Shown here: piece by piece, positions 28,470 to 38,200 of the stretch
Layout of the letters: each line of letters opens with the position of its first letter
Position numbering within the stretch: position 1 is the first letter of the stretch
Program-made: the position numbers and the translations under genes
Notes under the pieces: model-generated
What the model saw: only the letters and a program-made list of their open reading frames with translations
Databases searched by the model: none
What the model was told of the DNA's origin: nothing
NCBI GenBank assembly: GCA_019058245.1
Contig: JAHPZJ010000022.1
Coordinates: 55,746 to 98,751 of the forward strand
From: Promethearchaeota archaeon
GTDB lineage: Archaea; Asgardarchaeota; Lokiarchaeia; Sigyniarchaeales; SOKP01
DNA: 43,006 bases
Direction: 5' to 3'

Positions 28470-29000
28470 ATGTCACTTCAAAAAACTCGGGAATTTATAC
28501 TTCAGGAAAAAATGATCTCTTTGAAAGATAAAGGAAAAATAATGAACTTAAATAAAGAAGTTCTTGGTACATTTGGGGGTAAAATAATAAAAATTGGCAA
28601 TACTTACCGAATAAGAGATCTTGATGAGAATCCTATATTAACAGTTCATGAAAAAGTAATTTCAATGCGCTCTACATATAAGTTTTATAAAGGTGGCGAA
28701 CAAGATGAAGATATGTACATTGGGAAACTGAAAAGAAAGCTTGTTGCTGTTAAACCAAGTTACTGGTTTGAGGATCCAGGTGAAAATAAAGTGTTTACAA
28801 TGAAGGGAAATATTTTTACCTTAAAATATAAAATACTAAAAGATAATAAAGTGGTTGCTGAAATTCATAAGAAACTTTTCAAGAGCTTAATTAAGGGAAC
28901 GTATGGAATAAGGGTGAATCCTGATTTAGATGATGATTCAGCTATGCTAGTATTAGGAATTGTCTTAATGCTCCATCATGAAAAAGAAGAAAATCGATAA
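28470..29000 (+). CDS. LURP-one/Tubby-C/scramblase family protein
   Basis: EKMISLKD, IGKLKRKL, MKGNIF..KYKI....VVAEIHKK, TYGIRV and a hydrophobic C-terminal helix. Confidence 0.85.
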   Translation: MSLQKTREFILQEKMISLKDKGKIMNLNKEVLGTFGGKIIKIGNTYRIRDLDENPILTVHEKVISMRSTYKFYKGGEQDEDMYIGKLKRKLVAVKPSYWFEDPGENKVFTMKGNIFTLKYKILKDNKVVAEIHKKLFKSLIKGTYGIRVNPDLDDDSAMLVLGIVLMLHHEKEENR

Positions 29001-29172
29001 AAACTAATTTTTTTTTAAAAGTTTTTAGAAAAATTCTATATTTAAATATAATATTTTTTTTATATTGTGTGAATATTATGCTCATATATTAAAATTAGAA
29101 ACATTTATATTTGTAAAAAATCATATGTTTAATGGACTTTTGTGAAAACTCTATCTTTTTAAGGGGTACTAT

Positions 29173-29433
29173 ATGCAACTACAATATAAATTAATTAAAG
29201 TAGTATGTCCACGCTGTGGTGCAGAAAAAGAGGTGCCAGTTCCTAATAGTCTATTTTCTCAAAAAAAAACGGGGCATATTAAAATACGAGTCCCTAAAGG
29301 AGTTGTTTGTCAAGAACATGTATTTATTGTATTTCTAAATATTAATGGAAAAGTTATTGGATATGAAACTGTTGATCTATCTGTATCATCTATAACTGAA
29401 TTTGAACCGCCAGAGAAAAAATCTGTAGATTAA
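29173..29433 (+). CDS. Small zinc-binding domain protein (CPxC...CxxHxF)
   Basis: CPRCG...IRVPKGVVCQEHVFIVFL; the same pattern occurs at the N-terminus of 35314..36303. Confidence 0.75.
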   Translation: MQLQYKLIKVVCPRCGAEKEVPVPNSLFSQKKTGHIKIRVPKGVVCQEHVFIVFLNINGKVIGYETVDLSVSSITEFEPPEKKSVD

Positions 29434-29495
29434 CCTATATAGTGAATAAAATAATAAAAAGTCATTATAATCAAGATAAAAATAACCACTTTCGG

Positions 29496-31118
29496 TTACT
29501 TATTTAATCTTTTATATGTTTTTCTCATAATCTTATATATATTTAAATACTCTTTGAAAAGCTTATCATAGATTTCTCTGTTATCTGGATTGGGCTTAAA
29601 AATCTTTGAAATCTCACAACATCTTTGAATCTCATTCCATCTAAGATAGCCTAGTCCTACAGAGGCAATGAATGCGGCTCCTCGAGCATTTGCTTGAATT
29701 GGATTCGAAACTTGTTTAATATTTCTATTAAGAACATCAGCAAAAATCTGACACCACACATTACTTTGAGCACCTCCACCAATAATATTTAACTCAGGAA
29801 TTATAAAATCCTGCTTTTTTATATTTGGATTTTCTTTTATTTTCCATTTTTTGATAAATTGTTCTATAGATATGAATAACCATCGAATATTGTATGCTAT
29901 CCCTTCAAAGACTGCGCGGATTATATGTTCTCGTGACATTTCTAGCGATAAATTATATAATCCACCTCGAACAGTATAATCATCAACTGGTGCTCTTTCT
30001 CCAATTAACCATGGAGTAAAAATAAGATTATTTGAACCAGCGGGAATATGCTCCACAATTTTGTCGAATATTTTGTATACATCTGGAACAGCTTCTTCTT
30101 TTAATAATTCATCTTTATGATATAGAATCTTATCTCTAAGAAAGGTTAAAGCGCCTCCTGCAATTTCTTGTTCATTAGCAATAATATATTTTCCAGGAAT
30201 TGCTGAGGGAACACTCGCTATATTATGAAAAATATCTGTTTTTTTATATGGAACTGGACATGACACCCAATCTGAAGTCCCCGCATAGATATGTGTTTCA
30301 TAATTATTAACAGCACCAGATCCTACAGATGCTGATGGTACATCTGGTGCACCTACTATAACTTTTACGCTTCGATTCAAACCTAATTCTTCAGCAACAT
30401 CATTTTTCAATGTGCCTAGTATATCAATTGAGGATTTAATTTCAGGAAATTTCTCTGGTGCAATTTTCAAACCTTTAATAAGTTTTTTTGAGTATTTTAT
30501 ATTATTAATATCTCTAATATCTGTTATCCAATGAAGATGAACCGAAACTGTTGATGTAGCAAATTTTCCTGTAAGTTTTAAGTTAATAAAATCTTGTGGT
30601 TCTAAGAATTTATAAGTCTTATTGTAGATATCTGGAAGTTCATTCTTAATCCACAATATGTGAGCAATAGTATCTTTTCCATTTTTGCTAGGACCTCCTC
30701 CAGTTCGTTTTATCCATTTTAAAATTTTGAATAAGGAATATCCTGAAACTTGAATTAAACTTTTATGAAATTTTTCGATATATTTTGATCCTCTTGTGTC
30801 CATCCAAATTATTGAATTCATTAAATGGTTTCCATCTTTATCAACTGCGACAGTTCCACTCCATTGACTTGTATTACATATACCTATAATATCATCAACA
30901 GAGACTATACCACTATCAATAACTTGCTTGGAAGTTTTCAAAATTGCATTCCACCAGTCATCAGGATCTTGTTCTGCAGCTCCACCTTTTTGTACATATA
31001 ATGGAACTTCTTTAAAAGCCCATTCAAGAATTTCTCCTTCAGTAGATACTATTGCCGATTTAGGACCCCCAGTACCATGATCAATAGCTAATATATATTT
31101 AGTTTGTGAATTAGACAT
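29496..31118 (-). CDS. FGGY family carbohydrate kinase (xylulokinase-like)
   Basis: LAIDHGTGGPK, EQDPDDWW, WMDTR, GERAP, RAVFEG, GGGAQS. Confidence 0.93.
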   Translation of the reverse strand: MSNSQTKYILAIDHGTGGPKSAIVSTEGEILEWAFKEVPLYVQKGGAAEQDPDDWWNAILKTSKQVIDSGIVSVDDIIGICNTSQWSGTVAVDKDGNHLMNSIIWMDTRGSKYIEKFHKSLIQVSGYSLFKILKWIKRTGGGPSKNGKDTIAHILWIKNELPDIYNKTYKFLEPQDFINLKLTGKFATSTVSVHLHWITDIRDINNIKYSKKLIKGLKIAPEKFPEIKSSIDILGTLKNDVAEELGLNRSVKVIVGAPDVPSASVGSGAVNNYETHIYAGTSDWVSCPVPYKKTDIFHNIASVPSAIPGKYIIANEQEIAGGALTFLRDKILYHKDELLKEEAVPDVYKIFDKIVEHIPAGSNNLIFTPWLIGERAPVDDYTVRGGLYNLSLEMSREHIIRAVFEGIAYNIRWLFISIEQFIKKWKIKENPNIKKQDFIIPELNIIGGGAQSNVWCQIFADVLNRNIKQVSNPIQANARGAAFIASVGLGYLRWNEIQRCCEISKIFKPNPDNREIYDKLFKEYLNIYKIMRKTYKRLNK

Positions 31119-31259
31119 ATTGTATATAAATGATGTGAAAATAAATAAGGATTCTTTAAATTTTATCTATTAAAAACTCTTCATTCAATATATTAAAAAA
31201 AAATTAATTTTTAACGTAACAATTTACATAGTATTCTATTTTATTATAAAAACTAAGCT

Positions 31260-32675
31260 TTGATTAATATGTCTAGCATGAAATATGAAGACATGAGAGC
31301 AAAAATTGAAAATATTGTAAATCAGCCAATTAGAAAATTTAAAACAGAGGAATTAAAGGGGATAATTAATAGGTATCATAAAAATCATCCAAAATCTAAG
31401 GCAGCGTATGAAAGAGCGAAAAAGATTATCCCTGGCGGAGTAGAACATAATCTTGCCTTTAATCATCCATTTCCTCTAACAAGTAAGAGAGTCTATGAGT
31501 GCTATATGGAAACTATAGATAATATTGTTTTAACAGATTACTTAATGTGTGGTGGACCTATTATTTTAGGACATCAATATAAACCTTTAATAGATAAAGT
31601 TATTGAAGTAATTCAAGAATTAGGTCCTTGTCATGGAATAACAAATGAATATGAATATATGGCAGCTGAACAATTACAAAAATATTTTCCCTCATGCAAA
31701 ATAATTAGATGGCTACAATCAGGAACTGAAGCAGATATGCTAGCAATTAGAATTGCCAGAACCTTTACAAATCGTAAATGGATAATTAAAATCGGAGGTT
31801 CTTATCATGGTTGGTCAGATCAACTTGTATATGATATGCATGTTCCAGGGACAAAATTATTAGAGTCTCATGGTATACCAAAAAATGTGTTTAAGTGGAC
31901 AGACTCAAGTCCTCCGAACGATATCGAAACTCTTAAGCAAATGTTTAAAGAAAAAAGGAAAGTAGCCGCAGTTATTATAGAACCCATGGGAGGTGAATCT
32001 GGAAGTATCCCTGTAAAACCGGGTTTCAACAAAGAAGTAGAAGAATTATGTCATGAAAATAAAACATTGATGATTTCGGATGAAGTAGTATGTGCTTTTA
32101 GATTATCTATGCAAGGAGGGCAAGGTTATTTTGACTATACTCCCGATATTTCAGTATTTGGAAAAATTGTGGGTCATGGCTTTCCTTCAGCAGCAGCAAT
32201 TGGAGGGAGGGCTGATGTTATGAGTGTGTGTGCTGGAGGTGTAAGTGGAGGTAAAAAAGCATATTCTGGAGGAACTTTAGCGGCAAATCCATTAACTTGC
32301 GCAGCAGCTTATTATGCAATGAAATATGTTGAAGAAACAAATGCATCAGAAAAAGCTATTAAAGCAGCTACAAGGCTTTCTACAGGATTGAATAAATTAT
32401 TTGAAGATTATAATTTACCTTGGTTTTCTTATAATTATGGAGCAACAGTCCATTTTCATACGAGTTGCTTATTTGGACTTGATTTAGGTGATTCTCAACA
32501 AGCTGGAGAACTTCCAAAAAGGAAAGATTTTATGGGTGAAATGGGAGCAGCTCTAGTCGACCAAGAGCTTATATCAGTTGCGGGAAGTAGATTTTATACG
32601 TGTATGCTACATACTAATGAAATAATTGACGAAACAATTCAAAAAATAGATAAAATATGTCAAAAGATCGAATAA
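31260..32675 (+). CDS. Class III PLP aminotransferase (glutamate-1-semialdehyde aminomutase-like); start may be ATG 31269
   Basis: IPGGV, SGTEA, GSYHG, IIEP, DEVV..FR, FGK (PLP lysine), GTLAANP. Confidence 0.9.
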   Translation: MINMSSMKYEDMRAKIENIVNQPIRKFKTEELKGIINRYHKNHPKSKAAYERAKKIIPGGVEHNLAFNHPFPLTSKRVYECYMETIDNIVLTDYLMCGGPIILGHQYKPLIDKVIEVIQELGPCHGITNEYEYMAAEQLQKYFPSCKIIRWLQSGTEADMLAIRIARTFTNRKWIIKIGGSYHGWSDQLVYDMHVPGTKLLESHGIPKNVFKWTDSSPPNDIETLKQMFKEKRKVAAVIIEPMGGESGSIPVKPGFNKEVEELCHENKTLMISDEVVCAFRLSMQGGQGYFDYTPDISVFGKIVGHGFPSAAAIGGRADVMSVCAGGVSGGKKAYSGGTLAANPLTCAAAYYAMKYVEETNASEKAIKAATRLSTGLNKLFEDYNLPWFSYNYGATVHFHTSCLFGLDLGDSQQAGELPKRKDFMGEMGAALVDQELISVAGSRFYTCMLHTNEIIDETIQKIDKICQKIE

Positions 32676-32894
32676 ATTTTGAAATTTGTAACTTCATTTA
32701 ACTTTTTTAATACCAGATTAAGTTTGTAATTGGAATTTTTTTCTTTAAAATTTAATTCACGATTTTTGATATATTAAAGACTATTTGCATGTTCTCGTTA
32801 TTACAGTTCAGTCTCTATTTTTTTAGCTTTCAAAAAATTTAAATGTATTAACTAAATATTTTCATAATAAACTGAATCTTATCAAAGATTTTCC

Positions 32895-34193
32895 ATGAAA
32901 AGAGAGTTATTAAAATTTAAAAATTTTTGGTTAAAAAATTATGTAGAAATTATCTTTTTCACATGTTATTTGATTCTTTTAATTCTTATCAGAATTATAA
33001 TTCCAAATGAGTGGGTATTATGGAAACTAGGGTATGAATCAGATAATGAATTCTATTATATGATGGCGGAAAACATTAGTTGTATTTTTGATAGAATAAT
33101 CATATCCCCATTCTGTTATAGAGTTTTTCAACCATTTATAATATACATATTACCCTTTGATATAAAATTGAGTTTTACTGTAATAGGTTTTATTTCTTAT
33201 TATTTATTGGGAATTGTGCTTTATTATACACTTAGAATTCATTTTGATAAGATTTATTCACTACTAGGGATGTTATTATTTATAATCTTTATAGAATGTT
33301 CAATAAATTTTCTCTATGTAGAATTTTCTGCAGTATACAATGTTGATGGATTGACTTACTTATTCTTTATTTGTTGTTTTTATGCGATTTTAAAAAGAAA
33401 AAATATATTATACGCCATCTTTCTTGTTTTAGGGGTATTAACAAAAGAGAGTATATTATTTACCATTCCTGTATTTTTTCTTTATAATTATTATGTAGAT
33501 AATAATAAACTAAAATTAAAAAAGGGATTAAAATCATTATTAAGAAATTTTAAATTTATTTTACCTGCAATAATTTCTGTATTGATTGTAAGATTGGTTG
33601 TAGTTCCATTACCGATACCAGAACATTATGTTTGGTACATGGGGTATAATGAAACTGATTATTTATCTTTAGATTATTTCAAAATGATGATAAACCGTGA
33701 AATTTCTTTTTTTTTTATTGAAGATGGATTTTATTGGTATATATTTAAAGTATGGGGTATTCTTCCTATTTTTCTCTTACTTAATAAGACAGAAGATATA
33801 TGGAAATGGATTAGAATTTATGGTATCTTTATCTTTTGTGCATATCTACAATTAATTATTGGAAAAACTGATTTTAGAGCTAGATTCTTATATATAGCTT
33901 ATTATCCAGTAATCTATTTATCAGTTTTAGGAATTAAAAGAATTAACGAATTATTAGGAACTTATATTCAAAATTCAAATAATCAGATTTTCACTATAAA
34001 AATAAAAAGAAAAAAGGATTACCTAATTAATTATTGGTTTTTTTTTATTATTATAGTTTATATGATTCTGTATTCTTATTTCTACATAATTGGAGTTCTG
34101 ATTATTATAGCATCACTCCTAGCATTTCAAATTGCCCGTGTTTTTATGGACTTTAATAATAAGAATATTGGCTTTTTCCAATATAAAATATAA
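32895..34193 (+). CDS. Polytopic membrane protein, GT-C glycosyltransferase-like
   Basis: About 11-12 TM segments; ESDNEFYY after TM1, PFCYRVFQP, GVLTKES, RFLY. Confidence 0.6.
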   Translation: MKRELLKFKNFWLKNYVEIIFFTCYLILLILIRIIIPNEWVLWKLGYESDNEFYYMMAENISCIFDRIIISPFCYRVFQPFIIYILPFDIKLSFTVIGFISYYLLGIVLYYTLRIHFDKIYSLLGMLLFIIFIECSINFLYVEFSAVYNVDGLTYLFFICCFYAILKRKNILYAIFLVLGVLTKESILFTIPVFFLYNYYVDNNKLKLKKGLKSLLRNFKFILPAIISVLIVRLVVVPLPIPEHYVWYMGYNETDYLSLDYFKMMINREISFFFIEDGFYWYIFKVWGILPIFLLLNKTEDIWKWIRIYGIFIFCAYLQLIIGKTDFRARFLYIAYYPVIYLSVLGIKRINELLGTYIQNSNNQIFTIKIKRKKDYLINYWFFFIIIVYMILYSYFYIIGVLIIIASLLAFQIARVFMDFNNKNIGFFQYKI

Positions 34194-34249
34194 AGATATT
34201 TTAAAAAAACTTAACAAAATTTTTCTAATAATAAATCTATATTCAATAC

Positions 34250-35005
34250 ATGATTGATAAAGAAAAAATATACGATGCAGCTCTAATAATTAAAAATTCA
34301 GAGTATATCGTAGTGTTTTCTGGAGCAGGAATTTCTACAGAATCTGGAATTGATGATTTTCGTAGTCCCCATGGGCTCTGGAGTCGTTACGATCCTGGTA
34401 TTTATGCGAATTACCAATATTTCCTAAAGGATCCTTCTCTTTTTTGGAAAATGCATAAAGAAATAGAAGATCTAGTAGATACAGTGGAACCAAATCAATC
34501 ACATTTAGTTATTGCTGAATTAGAAAAGATGGGAAAGGTAAAAGCTGTAATTACTCAGAATATCGATATGCTTCATCAAAAAGCAGGAACTGGTAGATTC
34601 GGTGCTAAAATCTACCAGTTACATGGAGAATATGGAAAATTACAGTGTGTTAAATGTCATAAAGAATTTGAATATGAAGAAATAGACACTAAGAATGTAG
34701 ATTATCCCGTATGTGATTGTTCAGGATATATAAAACCTAAAGTTATTTTGTTTGGTGAATCTCTTCCTCATGGTGTATTAGAAGGAGCGATGAGCGAATG
34801 TACAAATGCAGATTGTCTGATTGTTGTAGGAAGTTCTCTATTAGTTTCACCTGCTAATTTTATGCCTTCAATTGCCAAGCAGTATGGTGCTCAGATTATA
34901 TTTATAAATAGAGAAAACACAATTATGGATGATTTGGCTGATGTATTTTTGAAAGGTAGCGCTGGCGAAATTTTTGCAGAATTGCTAAAAGTAATAAAAA
35001 CTTAA
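34250..35005 (+). CDS. cobB: NAD-dependent protein deacylase, Sir2 family
   Basis: GAGISTESGIDDFR, TQNIDMLHQKAG, HG, Zn Cys pairs, VILFGE, GSSL. Confidence 0.95.
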   Translation: MIDKEKIYDAALIIKNSEYIVVFSGAGISTESGIDDFRSPHGLWSRYDPGIYANYQYFLKDPSLFWKMHKEIEDLVDTVEPNQSHLVIAELEKMGKVKAVITQNIDMLHQKAGTGRFGAKIYQLHGEYGKLQCVKCHKEFEYEEIDTKNVDYPVCDCSGYIKPKVILFGESLPHGVLEGAMSECTNADCLIVVGSSLLVSPANFMPSIAKQYGAQIIFINRENTIMDDLADVFLKGSAGEIFAELLKVIKT

Positions 35006-35034
35006 TACTTATTTTAAAACTGACTTATTTTAGT

Positions 35035-35193
35035 TTATTCGGATTTTCTAATTTCATTTTGTTCTTTTGTAATTAAAAATCTAATTATTTCTGTGATATT
35101 CTTAATTCCGTTGTATTCTTTAATATATTCTAATTTATCGAATACCTTTTTTTCTAGAATAATATAAAATTCATGATTTTTACAACAATTGCA
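35035..35193 (-). pseudogene. Start-less 52-codon ribbon-helix-helix-like reading frame (pseudogene or non-canonical start)
   Basis: Translates CNCCKNHEFYIILEKKVFDKLEYIKEYNGIKNITEIIRFLITKEQNEIRKSE*; bounded by TGA at 35194-35196; no in-frame ATG/GTG/TTG. Confidence 0.5.
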
Positions 35194-35313
35194 TCAAGAG
35201 GAAAAATTGAAAAAAAGCAGGACTGTTATTTGTTTCACATTTTTTCTTATTATATTTTATTATTTTTACATTCTGACTAAGAATTTAAAAAGTTAATAAA
35301 AAATTAGTTTTTA

Positions 35314-36303
35314 TTAAGGCTTTTTATTTAATTTACTTAAAAGAGTTGATGCGTCTTTCATAGTTAAAGCTAAACCTTCCATCAAATTAATAAATTTATC
35401 AGAGAAGTAAATTTTACCTTCAAATGGTTTACTTTTACTGATAGTTATGATTTCTTCCAAATTCAATATGTTCTTCTTATTAATTTCAATACCCAACTTA
35501 TCAATGTAAATATTTTCTAATTCTTCAATTGGTATTTCACTAGTAATTTTAGAATAAACCCAAAAATTTGATGGTCCTTTTTTTTTTACCTTTCGTTTTT
35601 GGGCTTCTTCAATTTTTTTCATTCTTAATTGTTCTTTCTTTTTCAATTCTATAGGATCTTCATATTCCATAACGGATTCTTTAAAATCATTAAAATTTGA
35701 TTCTGCATTACTAATACCAAAAATACCAGGAAAAAGAATAACTATTGTTAATATAGTATCTTCCACGTTTAGAAATTCGGAGTAAATTATTTGATTATTT
35801 TTCAGTTCAAAAATCATTTTTTTCAGTTTAACCTCATGCTCTTCTCGTTGAAGTTCAAACTGGCGTATTATATTAAGAAAAATTTCATCAGGTAAGGAAT
35901 AATACAAGACATGTCCTTTTTGATTAAAAAGAGCGCCTCCTAAAATTACTCCATCTTTCACATCATCCTTTAATTTATTAATCGTTTTTTTAATAACTAA
36001 TGATACACCATAAGTGGCAATATCATCAATAATTTTATGTCCTGTTTCATAAATTTCTAGATTTTTTAATTCAAGATCAGAACGTTGATAACCTCGTACA
36101 CTATACCATTTATCTATATATGCTTGAAAACCATGTTCGCACATATAATTCGAAGGGACAGAAATTGTTAAAATAGATTCAGAGTTTTTCACAATTTCTT
36201 TCGATACTTTTACTATTTTTGTCGCCTTACATATAGGGCAAAATAACTTAATACCTTTCGTTTCTTCTTCATAAATTTCGTCTTTTTTTAACAAAATAAT
36301 CAA
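35314..36303 (-). CDS. Zinc-binding domain fused to a roadblock/longin/profilin-like domain
   Basis: CPICK...VPSNYMCEHGFQAYID, then a helix and ILGGALFNQKGHVLYYSLP, followed by helix, strands and helix. Confidence 0.6.
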   Translation of the reverse strand: MIILLKKDEIYEEETKGIKLFCPICKATKIVKVSKEIVKNSESILTISVPSNYMCEHGFQAYIDKWYSVRGYQRSDLELKNLEIYETGHKIIDDIATYGVSLVIKKTINKLKDDVKDGVILGGALFNQKGHVLYYSLPDEIFLNIIRQFELQREEHEVKLKKMIFELKNNQIIYSEFLNVEDTILTIVILFPGIFGISNAESNFNDFKESVMEYEDPIELKKKEQLRMKKIEEAQKRKVKKKGPSNFWVYSKITSEIPIEELENIYIDKLGIEINKKNILNLEEIITISKSKPFEGKIYFSDKFINLMEGLALTMKDASTLLSKLNKKP

Positions 36304-36392
36304 ATTGATAATTCTTTATCAAACATATAATCAATATAATTATAACAATATGTATTAATAAATATACTAGCTTTACAATGCAATACCAATAA

Positions 36393-36740
36393 TTATATTG
36401 GTAAATAGAATTTGCACAATACACATTGATTAGCCCTCAATCTTCTTTCTGGTCCTAAGATTATCAATCTTTCACTCATATCTCCACCACATTTTGGGCA
36501 ACTTTTAGCAAAATTTTCTTTGATTGAATTTAAAACTTTTTGTATTCCCTTTTCCAAATTTAATAATTCATTAGCATTTTGGATAATTTTATCAGCTGAA
36601 ATCATTCCAATACCTTTAATCCATGCTAACTGCTCTGGCTTAGACTTAGCAATCTCTTCTATTGACTTTACACCAGCATTGATTAATCTTTCAGCTGCAG
36701 TTGGCCCAATACCCCGTACTCTAACTAATTCTTCAATCAA
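36393..36740 (-). CDS. Tandem helix-hairpin-helix plus zinc ribbon protein
   Basis: VRGIGPTAAERL and IKGIGMISA; CPKC...CVLC. Confidence 0.85.
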   Translation of the reverse strand: MIEELVRVRGIGPTAAERLINAGVKSIEEIAKSKPEQLAWIKGIGMISADKIIQNANELLNLEKGIQKVLNSIKENFAKSCPKCGGDMSERLIILGPERRLRANQCVLCKFYLPI

Positions 36741-36844
36741 AAAAATCTTCGTCTAATGCGAATTATGAATCTAATTATATATAATAATGTTAATTAGACA
36801 AAATAAAATTTAAGATGATATATATAAATAAAATAAAAAAAAAA

Positions 36845-37570
36845 TTATTGTTCTAATTGACGTCCTACTCCAATATAAATTAAATATCCTCCTGCAATCG
36901 CTAAGATAAGACCTATTGCGCCCATTATTAATCTAAATGTACCTTGATTCAAAAGATTTGATATAAATATTCCATACATAAAGATAATTGAGGCTGCAAC
37001 ACCAAATATAAAAAATCTCCATTTTTTTCTCAATTGTTCATCTTCAAATTTTTTATATATCTGGAATGATAAATAGAAAGTTAAAAATACGACGATAGAT
37101 ACAATAATTACTAAATAAAGGAAGAAAAGAGGCATCCAATGTGGACTCCAGGTTATAGGATCAATCTCTACACCCAATCCTTCAATATATACTAAGAAAA
37201 TCATGCAAAACATGGCAATACCGTATACTATAAGAATTGCATATTGTTTAATGGAAGTAATAACTTTCTCTGATTTTAACAGTATTAATTCAAAAACTAA
37301 AAGGAAAATGGGTGAATAAAAAATCCCGAAATTTGTTAAGTAATTTAAAAATAAAACTACCTTGACATCAGTGAGTGGAGCATAAATGAAATTTACAATT
37401 AATCCAATTGCGGCAGATATATAAAATCCTGAAAATATGAGATTTAATCTTTTTCTATCTCTTTTAAGTATTTTATACGCAAGAAATATGAAAAAGGCAC
37501 ATAGAATTCCTTGAGCCAGATATACTGTTATTGCTCTGGGTACTGTTAAGGGGTGTTGATATAGAGTCAT
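36845..37570 (-). CDS. Stand-alone 7TM membrane protein (HisKA_7TM-like sensor fold)
   Basis: Seven hydrophobic segments, basic loops KRDRKRLN and LRKKWR, no cytoplasmic output domain. Confidence 0.7.
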   Translation of the reverse strand: MTLYQHPLTVPRAITVYLAQGILCAFFIFLAYKILKRDRKRLNLIFSGFYISAAIGLIVNFIYAPLTDVKVVLFLNYLTNFGIFYSPIFLLVFELILLKSEKVITSIKQYAILIVYGIAMFCMIFLVYIEGLGVEIDPITWSPHWMPLFFLYLVIIVSIVVFLTFYLSFQIYKKFEDEQLRKKWRFFIFGVAASIIFMYGIFISNLLNQGTFRLIMGAIGLILAIAGGYLIYIGVGRQLEQ

Positions 37571-37836
37571 TTTAAAGAACTATTCATATTAATTTTATTT
37601 TAAAATTTAATTGCTTAATGTATAATCTATCATTTTATATTTATTATTATTACCTTTTCTTAATAGAAAAAAAGTTACTTTTGTCAATTGGTCTCTATAA
37701 AAAAAATTTATTCAAGTCGATATATACCACCATAGTACATCAAACATAACGATCCAATAATTTGCAAAGTTAAAAGTCCAAATTAAAATGAATATAAATA
37801 GTAAAAAAGAAAATTTTTTTTAATTACTTCTGTTGA

Positions 37837-38031
37837 TTATTTTTCACGCCACTCCTGTCCGCAATGTCCGCAACGAAATTTCTTTCCATAAACACGTGGA
37901 TAATCACTTATTATGTTTGTTTTATCTGTAGATTCATGAATCATATTTTTATTTTCCTCTCCGCAACTTGGACATTTTCTACGGCCTTCTTCTCTCTCTA
38001 TTGTTAACAAACCGTTTGATTCTTCTCCCAT
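37837..38031 (-). CDS. Small zinc-ribbon protein (TFS/TFIIS C-terminal-like)
   Basis: CPSCG...FRCGHCGQEWRE; GGAG ribosome-binding site upstream. Confidence 0.75.
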   Translation of the reverse strand: MGEESNGLLTIEREEGRRKCPSCGEENKNMIHESTDKTNIISDYPRVYGKKFRCGHCGQEWREK

Positions 38032-38200
38032 TTTACATATTTCAACTCCAACTATGATAGGTTAAATCATATAAGCTTTAATCATCCAAGATAGGATTTT
38101 TCTTAATTATATTTAAATTTGTCCTTATTGCTTTTATAACTTATTAATTTTTGATAATTTTTTTTGTAAATCTTTATAGAAAAAAAGCATAAATTTTCAA

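Noticed and set aside
31260-32675. Gene symbol hemL
   Set aside because: The HemL-specific N-terminal motif is altered and there is no tetrapyrrole context
35194-35196. In-frame TGA before a Cys-rich stretch as possible selenocysteine
   Set aside because: The upstream frame is not protein-like, there is no redox motif, and no SECIS-like hairpin was recognised
36393-36740. RadA fragment
   Set aside because: The HhH pair is followed by a zinc ribbon and a stop, with no RecA ATPase domain
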